Position numbers and translations under genes: made by a program. The notes beneath the pieces were generated by a model. It made no database searches, had not been told where the DNA came from, and saw only the letters and a program-made list of their open reading frames with translations. This document shows, piece by piece, positions 13,969 through 28,675 of a DNA stretch of 57,749 nt. How positions within the stretch are numbered: the first letter of the stretch is position 1; every line of letters starts with the position of its first letter. The DNA is from Spongospora subterranea f. sp. subterranea (Eukaryota): NCBI GenBank assembly GCA_049724395.1, contig JAUGWO010000073.1, forward strand, positions 1-57,749. Direction: 5' to 3'.

Positions 13969-15002
13969 TTAGCTAGACCCATCGGATTGTGTCCATGGAG
14001 CGATACAGTGAGACACGACGCGCGAGGCGTCGTCGAACGCATCCAGAGCGTGTGTCAGGTAAATGTGAACCTTCAACAGGTTGCTCTTGCTCATCAGCGA
14101 ACATTTTGATCCAAAATAATTCTGACGGGTAAACTGATCAAGCTTGCCACCTTGCTCTACCAACTATGCCAGAAAAAATCTCATCAAAACCGGTCTCCAG
14201 CATCAGATTTCCAGATGTACAGTGTAAAGCGAGTTGAGAATTGTTGACAGTGTCTCATCAACAGATGCGGCATGATTGAGAACGATGGCGGCGTCCCCTT
14301 CGGTGCCGGACGCTTTCTGTAGTTCCTGACGAAGTAAAGTTACCGTTTCGGACAGGCTGTTTGAGATACCTATTCAAGAGCATGATCGGAAACTTTGATA
14401 CATCAGCGGAACCTTCTCTAAATACATACGCTGAAGATGCCTGGCCAAACTTCGGCTTTGTTTACCGAATTTATTCTCTCTGATCCGTGTTCGTAAATCT
14501 AGTTGTTGCTATGGGATTAATATCAGTGATCAAGTATACATTTCTCACCTGCTAGGCGCTCTTGAAGAATCACTGCTGTTCTAGGCAGCACTTTTGATAG
14601 GTCTTCGGCCACCTGTAAAGTGTTGACTGATTCGTTTTTGAGCTCATCAACTGAAACAAAGGCGCTGTACGTGCACCATTATTGCCATAATGTATCAAAA
14701 GAAACATATAAACCAACCTGCAGCTCCCTCTTCTAAAATGTTTCACAATAGGGGGTTCTGTTAATTTCGCGGTATCAAGTGGATTAGGTATAGCATATGG
14801 GCCATCTTGTCCATCCTAATGTAGAGTAAACCTCAAAACCAAATTACAATCAACGACTAACGGTAAGCAGCAGGCCAGTTGCAGAAAGTCTGCGGTTATG
14901 AAAGAGCCTTGGTACCGAAAAATTTGAAGAACCAGGTTCACCTGACTCCAAACAGGTTAAATCATCAAGTGAATAATCAAGCCCACTTTTATTGCGAGGC
15001 AT
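13969..15002 (-). CDS. Hypothetical multi-exon protein
   Basis: Series of short open exons bounded by GT/AG introns of typical size; terminal exon in ORF 13969..14163; start uncertain. Confidence 0.4.
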
Positions 15003-15127
15003 TGCCTCAAGAATGGACGTTGCAGTGATATGCGAATCTATTGTATAGAGATTGCTGGGTACAGCTTACGAACGAATTACTGTTATGTTTATTAATGATG
15101 CCAAAATATAAGTTGTATGCTTAGTTA

Positions 15128-16951
15128 TCACATCAAAAGACAAGCATTTTTGTCATCACCTGCGCTAATCGTCTCCACTTCGAATTGGTCAATTACAGTT
15201 CCATTTTGATCAATTAATTGCATTGGAGCTGCAGTCTACAGTTTACGCATCAGAAAATTCACTGAAATGATGATAAAAAATAAACTGACCAAATCCTCCG
15301 GATTAACACCCTCCCATGAAATGTTAGTTCGGTCTTCAGAAGAAGCCTCCAAAGAATTTGAAGTCTCTCCAATCCAGATACAAACTTCACATTGACCACC
15401 AACATAAGCATCGTCAGGAAAATCAAAAGAAAATGACCCGCTTTGCAGAATCATCCCATTTAAATTAACAATCTTGTCTGAAGTATTTTTGACAAACAGG
15501 CAATTCTCGACTTCATCGTTGACCCAAAGTTTTAAGGCTGGGGTTTGAGGGGCAGGTAGGGAACGCTTTGACCTTTTGCGTTTTCGTCCAGGAGTTTCCA
15601 AACCGAGACGATGCTCTTCTTCCGATAAAAGCTCCCTGTACTTCTCGATTGTTAATGCCAGCTGAATTTTGACATCCATCAAATCATCAAAATCAGTCTC
15701 TAGCCTTTGGCATGTATGGCGAAGTTTTTCAATTTCTTTATCTTTTGCAGCAATTGCGTCATTATGAGTCACATTGCGTTCAGTGTCAAGCTCCTCGGAA
15801 AGTTCGGCAATGCGTTTCTCATGCAAAGACTTCATTTCAGCCAAGGTTTGATTATCTTTTTTCAGCTGGTTCACTTGTTCAGTAACGGTGACGTTGATCT
15901 CGCGAAGTTCAGATTCATGTTGACATGATTCTTCATAAGCAGCACGTAGCTCCGCTAATTTCGGGACAAAATGGGATTTTAATTCCCTAGTAATGCGGGT
16001 CTGGACAGCACATTGTCACGACGAGAGTTATGGGCAGATGCAATTCCTGACCTTATCGTCGTTACATTGCTTTCGATAATCTTCCACGATCGAAGAGAGT
16101 TGACTGGCGAACCTATAAGAATTGTTGAATATTGAGAGTTTTCAGTATATGTGAAGCACTAACTCCTGACGGCAACTGTCTTCGGTAATAGTTACTTGAG
16201 CACTGAGTTGCTCTATTTTGGCTTTCAAAGCAGAAATTTCGGCCTCGCTTGCTTTTGCGTTGATCGTCATATCTTGTTCGAAGCTCTTCAATTTTGCCCG
16301 AAGTGATGATGCTTCATGAGAATATTGGTCTGCTGCATCACGTGCTTCGATAAGTTGCTCTTCTGCAGCTCGGCCAGCACTTTCAGCGCCTAAAGGAAGT
16401 TAAACCGGTCAACCAAAGCTTTAAATAAAAGATAGCTGGTACTCTTGAAATTATGCTCAGTCTTCCGCAATTGTTCCTGAAGTCGCTGAACTTGAGCGTT
16501 AGCAGCCTCCAGCTGTGAGGATAACGAACTAAGGCGACCGTTAAGGTCGGACTGGAATTTCTTCTCCTCAGCGATTTGGTCTTTCAACCGGGTGACGGTA
16601 GCTTCTTGACGTGCAACACGCACTTGAAGCTCCTCACGAGCGGATGCATGCTCATCACGCTGTTGCCGCATTTGGCGAAGCTGCTCCTCATATTTCTTTG
16701 TCTAAATTGCAGCAAACCATCAGCCCGTTTCAAAGTAAATTACACTTGCAAAATACATTGGCATGGATGGCAACCCTAGCCTGTTGCTGAATTGCGACCA
16801 CGTCCTTTTCGAAAGCTTCGCGACTAGCATCTTTTGCTCGCTGCTTCATGATATATTGCTGCAAGCGGCCATTCAGTTCTTCGAGATTCTTACGTTCAAC
16901 CTCCGGGTGAATTCGGATCGGCGACTCCTCAACGTTAACATTGGTTGCCAT
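15128..16951 (-). CDS. Nuclear lamin (type V intermediate filament-like), ~500 aa, about 6 exons
   Basis: Head SPIR; coil 1A LEELNGRLQQYI; rod end LMDVKIQLALTIEKYRELLSEEEHRL; NLS RKRKRSKR; lamin-tail domain (VKNTSDKIVNLNG..FDFP..VCIW); last exon 15235-15128 ends in CaaX CLLM*. Confidence 0.9.
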
Positions 16952-17918
16952 CACGAAAAACACGCGGGGAGATGATGTTCACCCACGCTCCACTAATTCA
17001 AATATTCACAATGCAATTGAGAAAATGCCGCAGTTTGAGAGGAGACAGGGACGGACAGCGTCCAGTGCTGGACAGTGTAGGTATGAGTCGACTGTCGTAG
17101 AGGCTCCAGTTTTCCATGTTCATGCTTGTGCCAGTCGGACAACGTTCTGCCTGACCTGACGTTGCTGTTGCACATTTTCACTCGCAGCATGCCACGCGAT
17201 GTCGACGTTACCTGACGTGGCAAATAAATTATACGATACCGATGATTCCGACGAGCACCTGGAACGGTGATGACTGCAGAGTAAATGACTCGGTGATGAC
17301 TTGACTTGGTGATGACTGCAGAGTACCTGACTTTGTGTGTTTCTCGACGACTGGGATGCTGAAACTGCATCATGCAGTAGTTTCACGACACCGTTACGTG
17401 ATCCAAAACAAGGGGTTCCACGTACGGTAAAGTTTCGCTAAAAACTGCGCTGGTTCCAAACGAAAATCGAAAATCCCCACGAATTACAAAGGGCGCCGCC
17501 GTTTTACAGGCTCTTGATAACCAAAGGTGGAAGACATTTTGCCAAAGCGGGGGCATAATATGACGAATAGTGACGATGTTTCCGCGAATCAAATCTTTTG
17601 ATACCGTGACTTATCCTGCGTGACTAGTAAATATGTTCACCAGCTATCGTGTAAATTACCGTTGACGTCGGTCATGTTTGAGCGAACGACGCTGCGGATA
17701 TCCGTTCTAAGCCCTGAGGGTGAAAAACACGTATTCACCCAGTTGCAATCGGGTCTGTTTCAGAAGTTCATCAGACTCCACGCTGTTTGCGGCCTCGAAA
17801 ATGGTCGCGCCCGCAGTTGCATGTGGTCAGTGACGACATAGCTGGCACTGGTTCGTGTTAAAAGCACGGTGACCCGCTTCACTGTTCAGGCGACCCGTTG
17901 CTGTTGCTGATCCTGTTC

Positions 17919-19735
17919 ATGTCGCAGGCCGGCCCTGATTCTCCAGATGATGTAGAATCGGCCATGGACGTTGTATCCATGTCCAAATCCCAACGCAGCC
18001 CATCAGCTCTCCCGACGAACGCCACGACGCTGTCGCAACTGAGGAAATCCTATCCGGTTCCATGCCTGAATCAGATGTGGAATGACGCGCATGCGGATTT
18101 CACAATAGAACAGTTAAAATCTGCTATGAATGAGCTTGCCGGATTACAACGCTATGCTCGAGCCAGAGCCGTCAAACTTCATCAGCACCTTGTTGATGTC
18201 GCAAATTCGACCAACACACCGTTACAGCTCGGTACACGATATCCATCTGCTTCGCGGAACAGTTTCCTCTGACGATGATGTGTACTTTTGAACAGAAAAA
18301 GGCTACGACGAATGGATGGACGCCTTAAGGAATACGGAGCTAATTTTTGTCAACGAAGAAATGCTATCCGGTAGTTTTTTGAATTGCCTAGTCTGACAAC
18401 ATTTGACGGAATTTATTGTAGCAGAGACCCTCAATCAACGTTTAATTGAAGAAGGTTATTATGCATGTTTTTCGCACGAGTTGCATTTTTTCATTGTGGT
18501 ACAGCCAATAACAAAAGGAAAAGGGATGAAAAGAGAAGAAGAGACAAAGATAGAAAAAAGTCATTAAGCGTTACAGTGTACACCAGTTTTGGTTTTCAAA
18601 TTCGCTTTTAGGAAAAAGAAAAGACGATCCGGAATACAAGACGATTCCAAAGATGCTGTCGCTAAACCTCCAGACTCGTTATGGACCTCAACAGCAGATT
18701 ACTTCAGGTTTCCAACCGCAGAAGATTTGGAGCTTATTTCCCCTAATGTCTGCGTTCAGTTGGCTGAAATCATCATATAATAATGATATATTGTTTTTTA
18801 GATTGACGAATCGCTCTGTTCAATACCGGCTTTAGGAAAACATTTCCCAGATGAATGGAAAGCAATTGATGAAGCGAAGGCGCCATCTAAAAAGAAAAAG
18901 AAAAGCTACCAGGCGATTGTGAGGCGATTTCGACCTAAATCTGATATTATGGCCGTTGCCGACACCAATGTCAGAAAGCAGATCATCGATTTCGACAAAA
19001 CATCTGAAAAGCCAAAAAGGTCTTCAACAACTAGCACTTTCTCGTCGATGTATCGCTGCTATATTTCCTTTAAGGAAACAGGCAAGCCATATTGGATATG
19101 GCACTCCTGTTTCTGCCGCGACCCCATTTCGATATCTAGCCCCAGATGCTGATCCATTGGTTCCGGCACCCGATCCAGCGACTCCATTTTCCGGAGCGCC
19201 TTTCGCTCTTGCTGGTAAAGATCCCACCCCAGGAACCCCGAAATCTGTGCCAGCGATAAAGTCTTTTTTCGAAGAACGGGTTCGGTCAGAATTCAAATCG
19301 CTTGGCCTTTTACCTGCAAGTAAGGCCAAGTGCGTTGATTTAGGGAAGCCAGAGAATCGCCTTGATGATGAAGTCACCACTCATCTTCGAATGCTTCAAA
19401 AACAACTCAGAACCGTCAACGCAGCCAACATTGCCCGATGCGGTGCAGCCTATCCTCGTGCAAGTAGATTGGCCAGCTGTGCCGAAGTATATGACATCCT
19501 CCGAGCTGCTGAAAATAACTTGGAGCAGGTGTATAAAACTATGAATTCTTCCTCTTGGGATGTTGACGCTGCGACGACCGCAATCGAGGCTTATGATAAA
19601 GCTGCCGGTGAATGGAAAAAGTACAGCCAGGAATTTGGCAATTGTGGCACGTTCTATGTTTCCAAACCAAGCGATTTCTCTGGAACTCCGAGGAAACCTA
19701 AAAACAAATCTACACCAAAGATAATAAGTACATAA
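17919..19735 (+). CDS. ADA3: ADA3/Ngg1-like SAGA complex subunit
   Basis: LW...ADYFRFPTAEDL, IPALGKHF..W and EERVRSEF..LGLL..DDEV..HLRMLQKQLR..N motifs; multi-exon. Confidence 0.75.
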
Positions 19736-21020
19736 TTAAATATGAGAAATACCTAACGAGTGAGATCCAGATATACTGTAACTGTTTTCCGATAACCGGA
19801 GACCGGATTGATGAAGGGAATAGTTATCGCTCGCCAACAGAATTACACGATGACTCACATGTCAGAGTTTTGTTGCATTTGTGAAATTCAGTGTAGTTCG
19901 TTTGAACAAATGTGGCTGCGTATTGAATATGTGGAGGAGTCTTTTGATAAAACTTATTTTTGAAGTCTATGAAAGGTCAGTAGACAAGACGAAGTTTGAC
20001 GTGAACTCCAGAAATCAAACCTCATAAGTGATCAACAACAAGATGTTGTGATCAGATCAATATAGTCAAAACAAGCAGATTGAAAACATTCGTCATCCGC
20101 AATCCACCGTCACGTTCTCTACCGAATCGTTCGCTGTTCTTCCTTGTCCCCACACGTTGACCGTCCAACCGTGGTGGCATGATAAACGATAAGCAATCGC
20201 CATTCTGATAGAAAAGCCAGATTTTGGGTTTGGTAGTTTAAAGAAATGATACCCCTAGGATTACCAAACTTGATCGATCATCTGTCAGATGTGCGAGTAA
20301 AAGTGCAAACAAAAACGATTTGCAATGCCCCGGACATTGGACGTTGTGGCTTTTGACAATCATTCCCATTATCATAACGCCAGACCTAACCATACGGTTG
20401 GTTTACTGAAATCTCATCGTCAATCAGTTGTGCACGACGATCAATTCGCCAGCGTGCGCGGATGAGAGGTTTGCACCAGATATTTGGGGTTGACTAACGG
20501 ATTCGCCGATCAAACAGCTGAAAATTACACAAGTTGTTGCGGCGACGACATACCATCCTACTGGAGAAAAGGCTGTCAGGTGCAGTTCGCCAAAATAGTA
20601 TCTTCTTTTGACGACCTGTAGATGTTGAAGCTTTTGGGCAAATGCGCGCCGCCGTCTCAATGTATTTCAACGTCTGTGAAGCCATGGACCTGGCCTTCGT
20701 CTTCCGCGAACTGCAATCCAGGTGTTGTCATCTCCCCAGATCGGTTTAATTCAGATCTCAGTTGCCTGAACATTATCACAAAGACTGGATTTCAACAAGA
20801 AATATGCCCCATTAGAAACCGATTGCTTAATCCAGCTGCTGTTCAAGCCCATCTCTGTAATCCCCGATAGGTTTCTAATCACGATAACGTCGATCAATTG
20901 GTATATATAGTTTGCGCAATCTGTATTATAGAACCAATAATTGACAGCTTTTCGAGTCCTTGGACATGAACAATGGAAAAAAGGTCGATGGAGAAATATG
21001 TACAATCGACGACGAAACAT

Positions 21021-22105
21021 CTAGCTTGCGGGCTCAGGGGTCGCATGCCATTTCGAGATTACATTCGTGTTGAACGATTGACATTCACAGCATTTGTGAT
21101 AATAGAAGTGGAAATCCGATTCCGTCCGCGCCAAACAATCGTTGCACAAAATCTTGGCTCGCATCCCTTGGTACTCTTCAGGAATTTCCATCGACTCCAC
21201 ATAAGCGCTGAACATCTCGAAATGGTCGCGCGTGTCGATAATGGACTTCAGACACACCGGGCAGGTGTAGTTCGTGGCCGTATACCTCTTGAAACAATCT
21301 CCATGCATGGCGTGACCGCATTTCATAAATATAACGGGATCAACCGATGTGAACATGAACTCGTGGCAGATTGGACAGTTAGATTCTAACGACCTTTCGA
21401 TACATGTGTGGGTGTCAAACACATGAATACTTATACAAGCATTACACGCTTGGCAATGGCGAAAATCAACTTCTAAACCTTGCCCTCGCCTGCAAAGACC
21501 ACAATAACGGCAATGGTAAATATCTTTCTCGGGGTCATCGTCGAAAAATTTGCACTCGCCACAGAAATAATGTGCTAGGGGCTTCTCGAACATGTGACAT
21601 TGGCTGTTCGAGCAGGACGGCCCAACCGGCATTGCGGTATGGCAATGCAGGCAGACCATGGTCTCGATCTCATGGCGGTTGATGGCGTGATCGGTTTGCT
21701 CATCGTGACACAGACGACATGTGAACACTTGATTACAGCATGGCGCCACTATCCTCACCTGCCGAGCGTAATGCTCGCATCCCAATATCGACTCGGCTTC
21801 GTTCTGATACAATACGCGTCTCAATATTCGATTTCGTGAGGCAAGAGCCGTTTTGGCTGGGTAATACTACAACGCCTTACATGATAGGTTTTACATTGCG
21901 GCACAACCAGCTCGCTGGGCACTCGTATTGTTGTGTCGTTGACCACTGCTGGCATGCCATTACTTTGACGCAATAACGACTGCACCCTTTGGTTTTTTTC
22001 CTGGGGACTTAGTGACATGTGCGTCAGTATCTCACGAATCGAGGTCCGGAGGCCCTGGTCCTCCTCCGCGTCCCCAATTTCATCGTGACAGCACATGTCG
22101 TGCAT
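21021..22105 (-). CDS. RCHY1: RING finger and CHY zinc finger protein (Pirh2-like E3 ligase)
   Basis: GCEHY..APCC..CRLCHD (CHY), CTCHY, RING CPICHE..CGH..H..C..CPVC, zinc ribbon ILCNDC..HKC..C.SFNT; one intron. Confidence 0.93.
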
Positions 22106-23059
22106 TGGGATTGAATATTATTAGTGACCGCCCTGAGATTGCGGGACAGGGTCAAACTCTGTTATCAAGGGGCCTGGTCTGGCGATGTCAATTCTGACTG
22201 GACGAGACTAGGTCATGGTAAAGTTGCGCGACCTGACCCGTCACGTTTAACCACTCTTTCTAAGTAACGGCATTCGCTCACGCTATATTTACACTACACC
22301 AATCACTCACGCTATTAGGTATTGCGGGTAACAAAATAATGACCAAAAGAGACAGAAACAAAACACTCTTTTGCAAATATAAGGCGATTTTATTCTCAAA
22401 CAAAACATCTTTTTGCAAAAAAAAAAGTAAAATTTCCGGTTTAGTTTGACATGAAACTGTACAGTCAAAGCTGGGCAACTGCATTCACAACTGATGAATG
22501 AGCTTTTGTGGTTCTGGTAAACAGTGACCGAACTTTTTGGACAATGACGTGATCCAAAGCGATTTCTTTCATACATACCACACTCGGATCTTGAACATGG
22601 TTTATAAATTAGAATCTGTTAAATAGGTGTTTCTGACATTTATTCGCCGCCTTGATTACAGGACAAATATGAATTTTGTCCATGCAAAACGTTGAGTTTG
22701 TGTTGATGTCATTGTTCATATTTGGCAATTCTGGCAAAACTTCTTTGTCTCTGTGGCGTCCTCTGGCAAAAACAGAAACGGGACTAACGCCGAAAACAGG
22801 AATCTCTTTCAGCAATTCAACGTATTCGATGATTTGTTATGTCAAATCGGTCTCCGAAGACCCATAGAGCGGAGTCGGAGATGTAGACTGTCATTGGTTC
22901 TAAGAGCATATCATCAGCGCTTTCTCAATGGTTCAGTCGCGGTTGAACAAGGCTCCCTTACTCCATCCGTGGTATCTGATCGTTGTTTAGCAAAGGAAAA
23001 CTGAAGCAGGAAATACAGTGAGAATAGCCATCGAGTGCAACACGGTATCGCTAAATCAG

Positions 23060-23344
23060 GTAATGTAAAGAGTGTAGCCCAATCCAGTGTGCTGTTGCGT
23101 TGTAACATCATTGACACAGTAGTGTTAATCATGTAAAGTAAAGAGTGTAGCCGAGTCCAGTGTACTGTTGCGTTGTAACATCATTGACACAGTAGTGTTA
23201 ATCATGTAATGTAAAGAGTGTAGCCCGATCCAGTGTGCTGTTGCGTTGTAACATCATTAACACAGTAATGTTAATCAGGTAAATTAAAGAGTGTAGCCGA
23301 GTCCAGTGTACTGTTGCGTTGTAACATCATTGACACAGCAGTGT
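23060..23344 (+). repeat. Tandem repeat, 73-bp unit x ~3.9, alternating A/B variants; each unit is intron-shaped
   Basis: Units start at 23060, 23133, 23206 and 23279; each begins GTAA and contains tt(g/a)acacAG at unit position 60. Confidence 0.92.
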
Positions 23345-23623
23345 GTGGTGTTATCACTGCTCCTGTTACATCTCCAAATTTTCCTCTCCTTAATCGCAAA
23401 GCGATCAACAGGTTGTTGTGTTCAGATATGATAATGCTCTCTGTCTTCCATTGACTCGACACAGCGATGCAAACTCAAACTCTCTCTCATCCCCAATCAG
23501 GCTGTCGAGCGTTTTCAGATGAAATAGCTCGGATACGTCCTTCGCGAAGTAAGGACTGAACTTCTCATCGTGATGCATGCAGCGATACAGAAGTCAATAA
23601 CCGTTTGATAATCTGAATAGATC

Positions 23624-24162
23624 ATGAAGGTTGCTAACCCGATGACAACATTATTTTGGTCTAAGATGGAGGATCCAAGCCATTTCTGCGAGCAAGTTAT
23701 GCAGATCACTGCTGAATTTCAACAAATTACTGGCAAGTCGTCTGAGCGAATTCCTAAGGCGTTGCCTCTTATAAGAAATTTACCTGCCAAGCACGGAGAG
23801 AATGGCGTTACCAATTCTGCTCGAAATCCAACAATCGTAAGTTATTTTTTATGCATCATCTGAACAAAAAAGTCTCAGGACGTTTACAATCCGGTTTCTG
23901 AAACCTTTGAGGCCTATTGTGACAACCGCATGACTTGTTGCCTGTGAAACCTGTTTCCCAACCCCAGCAACAGATCTTATCATTCCAAACAAAGTCGCAT
24001 ATTTTTCTGACCCGGCCATTGACCTACACCACGTGGGACAAGTATATCTCAACAACAATCCCAGCGTCCAAAACAAAAAAACAACTTTACTGTAATACCA
24101 AGCGTCAGTATTACCATCACCCATCAAATTCAGTACGACTGAAACCCCTGGTAATCGGGTGA
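23624..24162 (+). CDS. Possible exons of a hypothetical protein (5' part may span the 73-bp repeat)
   Basis: Open frames with donor gtaag at ~23837; no recognisable domain. Confidence 0.25.
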
Positions 24163-24430
24163 TTTGCAATTACATATCACGATAAAGGCGGGTTCTTCCG
24201 ATCCATTGCAATTTGGATGTTAGAGTTTCAGTGGTCGATGTGGTTTCCAGAGTCCCGTTGCCGTGTGCTTGTGTTCCACGAAGGAGGCTTCTGACCACCC
24301 CTGGGTTTGTCGTTCCGTTTATTGAGTTGAGTATTTTGTGGTCGAGTAATATGGCAATATCTATAGGAAACTCCGAGAATGTTCGTCATTCCCTTTGACT
24401 TGACATCGCTCATCATAATCGATAACGGCA

Positions 24431-25063
24431 ATGGTGAACAGCAATGATAGCGCCATCAACCACCACGCCGCCCATGACGACGAACGCCCGGCCACGGAAG
24501 AGAGGACGTCGGCCATCAGAGATTCGGTGGCGAGGAAAGGGAACAACAGCTATGTAATGTGGTCGTTGTGTAAGACCGATCGCGTCTGGCTGATTCCGTG
24601 TTCGTTGACAGTATTACGCCTGGGATAAACTCGATCTGTCGAGGGAAGCGGAATTCCGACCGAGATTAGTCAGAACCGATACGGTTCCCGTTGACGATGC
24701 GAAACCAGCGACCCCGATCAATAAATACGCCTGGTCGGATGAAGGAGCGACGGTAAAGTCAGTTTAGACGATGTTTTTTTACGATCAGTTTCTTATCTGA
24801 TCAAATTGATCGTCAGGATTTATGTTGACGTGGTCAATGTCGGAAAACTGCCATCGGAGAATGTCAAATCTGAGTTCGACGCGCGGTCGTTCTCCGTTAA
24901 AATTACGGACGCCGGTGGAGACGACGCCCGCCTCTATATATCGGGACTTGATGGCGAGATCATCCCTGATAAATGCCGAACGCGGATCCAGACCAACATG
25001 GTCATTGTCGTATTGGCGAAACACAATCCCGACCACAAATGGCACTCCCTGTGCAAGAAATGA
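24431..25063 (+). CDS. CS (p23/CacyBP-like) domain protein with N-terminal KGNNSYYYAW motif
   Basis: Three exons splice to MVNS..RKGNNSYYYAWDK..INKYAWSDEGATVKIYV..LDGEIIPDKC..IVVLAK..W.SL. Confidence 0.8.
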
Positions 25064-25441
25064 TCGTTGTAGTTCGTTCTGGTTCATTAAACACCCGACT
25101 TTTATTGCATTATTCAGACGATGAAGTTTATCAACGTAATTTCTTTCTAATGCTCGGGATAGATTGAATTTGTCAGGTCTGTGATTATCTCCAAGTTGTG
25201 ATCGTAAAAAAAACACACAACAGAATGAGGTAAAATGGATCTGGATTGAAAATTACAGAAAACGCAGACCATATCCATTGCGGTAATGTACTCCATCTGC
25301 ACGAATAGCCATCCTTGATGGGCATGGCATGATTTGAAATCCATCAGATCTGTTGATCGATATATGGAGTTGCCCATATATCGAGGGATTGTAATCCCGC
25401 GACGGAGTCCGCAACAGTCCGTCAGAAGTTTAGTCGTCAAT

Positions 25442-25733
25442 ATGGTGAGTTGGGCTTGAGGTGTTGCTCGGCCGTTTTGTTGATCGGTGTGTGCTGTGTG
25501 TGTTGTAGCCTTCCCAAAAGACGTTGAAGACCAAGCTCAAGCTCGCCAAGAAGCAGCGCCAGAATCGCCCATTGCCCCAATGGGTTCGCATGGAAGACCG
25601 ACAACACCATCCGGTATTGATCGCCACATGAAATACCCTTTTGAACCTCGCCACCTCTCTAATACCGTTATTTGATCAACGTAGTTACAATGCCAAGCGT
25701 CGTAACTGGCGTAGAACCAAGCTCAACCTGTAA
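25442..25733 (+). CDS. RPL39: 60S ribosomal protein L39 (eL39); 1-nt insertion at ~25593
   Basis: ATG|intron|PSQKTLKTKLKLAKKQRQNRPLPQWVRM[+g]KTDNTIR|intron|YNAKRRNWRRTKLNL*. Confidence 0.93.
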
Positions 25734-26138
25734 TTGATCATCTCGATGGTCTCGTCAAGGCTGCTCTCGTTGTTCAAAATCGGTTCCAAATAAATCATTG
25801 TATTAGCCCCTAATCCTTGTACTTCATTTCGAGTTTTTTCAAAAAACAAATTCGTTCCAGAAATAGCCTCTTCCAGGCTCCCCGTCAAGATTGTGCCAAT
25901 TTCTTAAGATTCAGCAGCGGATCCTTGACCTATTCTCATCATAGAAATTACAAATTTTAAGCAGTTTCGAAATCATCATGGGTATATGATCCCAGTACCA
26001 GGAGAACGGTATTTGATGTTCGATATGTGTTTTATCGCCATCGGAGGGTTCCATGAATATGTTGGCCTAGTGATAGTATTGCGGGCGGGATAATAACGGG
26101 GTTCGGCAACAGCAATATTCAGGGGGGAAAAACGGACG

Positions 26139-27823
<1,685 letters not shown>

Positions 27824-28675
27824 ATTCATAAAAAAACCATCATCGCCCGGTCCTAAAATAATCATTCCAATATTCGTTAAACCCGTGGTCGTTTTTTTAA
27901 CTTTGTTTCGGTGAGGTCCCTAATGTTCATGTGATCCAGACGTTGATGCCAGAGCCGCGATGCTTGTTGATTATTAGCCGATGTCGCCAAGAGTGATGAT
28001 GTGATATTGATTGGATGTTTGGTCAGCGTCGTTCGAAACGAGGGTAGATGGTGTGCATATATCTCAATGGACGTAATCAGTGTTGGGCATCGTCATGGAT
28101 ATAACACACATCATTCCGACGAGACAAACGGTGAAACAATTCCCGCCGAGCTCGTTCACTGAATCTCTCCCGTTAACACACTGCCAACCAACAGCGCCCG
28201 GCCATGTGTGAACGCCTGCTGGATGACTACCGGGGTGGACGGGTTGCCATTAAACTGCTCGGGCAGACACGCCTTCAACAGTTTGTTAACGGGTTCGACA
28301 CGGGAGTGGCACGGGAGTGGTTCCCGAGACGAACCAACACCACTGTGCACAAAAGAACTGGACGAATTCATCAATGCCCATGACCAAACAACCCCTTTCT
28401 CGACCAAGTTCTCATGTGGCCATGTCCGACGTGGATGGCGAACCACTACTGAAGGCAGTGTTCGGTAACGCAGCGCCAGCGATATACAGTCGGGCTGTGG
28501 TCCCACATTCTCCCTCTACTGTTGTGGGAAACGTGCTGAGGGTCCCTGTACTCTCTCTCATTGTGTAACAGCATTGGGGAGATGGGCAGATGGCGCAACC
28601 CTGATTGTGGCCACTTTATGTTCCGATTCTGGAATGTCCAACACGGTATGGCCTCAATATCAATACATCTCGTAA

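Noticed and set aside
20424..21020. Short minus-strand ORFs downstream of RCHY1
   Set aside because: No coherent gene model or recognisable domain
23060..23344. CRISPR-like array
   Set aside because: Contiguous tandem units with no unique spacers, no cas genes, eukaryotic context
24361..24546. Minus-strand membrane-like ORF
   Set aside because: Antisense to exon 1 of the better-supported CS-domain gene
25585..25600. Programmed frameshifting in RPL39
   Set aside because: No slippery heptamer; similar indels elsewhere favour assembly error
28030..28570. Possible upstream exons of the CDF gene or a separate small gene
   Set aside because: Could not build a consistent splice path or identify a domain
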